The position numbers and the translations under genes were made by a program. A stretch of DNA of 64,000 nucleotides from an uncultured cyanobacterium (lineage in GTDB: Bacteria > Cyanobacteriota > Cyanobacteriia > PCC-6307 > Cyanobiaceae), in contig CAVXWZ010000002.1 of NCBI GenBank assembly GCA_963765575.1, positions 448,001 through 512,000 of the forward strand. The letters run 5' to 3'. How positions within the stretch are numbered: the first letter of the stretch is position 1; every line of letters begins with the position of its first letter. The notes beneath the pieces are model-generated. The model did no database searches, was not told the origin of the DNA, and saw only the letters and a list, made by a program, of their open reading frames with translations. Of this stretch, positions 63,212 to 64,000 are shown piece after piece.

Positions 63212-64000
63212 GCGGCCTGCTGCTGATGGCCCCCGCCCTGCTGCTGTTGCTGGCGGTGTTCGTGTGGCCCCTGCTCGACTACGCCTGGCTGAGCCTGCAG
63301 GCCCAGTCGGTGTTCACCGGCCTGGAGGCGGTGCCGGTGGGCACGCTCAACTGGGAGCGGCTGCTGGCCGACGGCCGCTTCTGGCAGGACGCCTGGCAGA
63401 CCCTGCGCTTCGCGGCCGTGTCGGTGGCGCTGGAGCTGGTGGCGGGCCTGGCGATCGCCCTGCTGCTGCACCAGCGCTGGCGGGGCCGGGGGGTGGTGCG
63501 CAGCCTGTCCCTGCTGCCCTGGGCCCTGCCCACCACCGTGATGGCCCTGGGCTGGCGCTGGATCTTCAACGATCCCTACGGCCCGATCAACGGCCTGCTG
63601 CAGCTGCTGGGGCTGGCCAGCGTGCCCTTCCTGGCGGACCCGCAGCTGGCCTGGATGGCCACGGTGGTGGCCGACGTCTGGAAGACCACCCCCTTCGTGG
63701 CCCTGCTGCTGCTGGCCGGGCTGCAGACGATTCCCGAGGATCTCTACGAGGCCTTCGCCCTCGAGGGCGGCACGCCCTGGCAGGGGCTGTGGCGCATCAC
63801 CCTGCCCCTGCTGCGTCCCTACGTGTTCATCGTGTTGCTGTTCCGGCTGGCCCAGGCCCTGGGGGTCTTCGACCTGATCGCCGTGCTCACCGGCGGCGGC
63901 CCGGCGAGCAGCACCGAAAGCCTGGCGGTGTATGCCTACCTCAACGCCATGCGCTTCCTCGATTTCGGCTACAGCGCCACGGTGATGCTGGGCATGTTCC
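63208..64000 (+). CDS. Sugar ABC transporter permease, 3'-truncated by window
   Basis: LLPWALPT, DVWKTTPF, LQTIPEDLYEA, ITLPLL, TGGGP; ATG overlaps upstream TGA. Confidence 0.9.
   Translation, partial: MSGLLLMAPALLLLLAVFVWPLLDYAWLSLQAQSVFTGLEAVPVGTLNWERLLADGRFWQDAWQTLRFAAVSVALELVAGLAIALLLHQRWRGRGVVRSLSLLPWALPTTVMALGWRWIFNDPYGPINGLLQLLGLASVPFLADPQLAWMATVVADVWKTTPFVALLLLAGLQTIPEDLYEAFALEGGTPWQGLWRITLPLLRPYVFIVLLFRLAQALGVFDLIAVLTGGGPASSTESLAVYAYLNAMRFLDFGYSATVMLGMF

Overview
GC-rich picocyanobacterial (Cyanobium/Synechococcus-like) chromosomal segment. It is mostly core genes: NDH-1 subunits (ndhF1, ndhD1, ndhA-I-G-E, ndhH), cugP, metF, pedR, NAD kinase, gltA, hrcA, trpB, cysC, purE, nagA, chlM, rsmH, the phylloquinone genes (thioesterase, menE-C-A, menF), gshB/grxC, prfB with its programmed +1 frameshift, ybeY, trpG, hisC and argS. 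It ends in a ggpS plus sugar ABC transporter operon. Accessory-looking elements are: (i) a lone Anbu proteasome-type protease gene behind rhodanese-hrcA; (ii) a translationally coupled K+ channel and cNMP-binding/patatin phospholipase pair with a convergent Coq4-family gene between menF and gshB; (iii) a lower-GC insert (~46.8-54.2 kb) with Dps, a double-CDGSH/FMN glutamate-synthase-like protein, DUF2254, Ppx/GppA and a second patatin; (iv) a lower-GC insert (~55.4-58.1 kb) with a GT1 glycosyltransferase and a Zn-ribbon/TM/HExxH protein. Single-base frameshifts in menC, the K+ channel, hisC, the glycosyltransferase and argS are most simply explained as sequencing/assembly errors. No rRNA, tRNA, CRISPR array or transposase was recognised. 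Product calls come from motif recognition by eye, not database searches, and start codons are best estimates.
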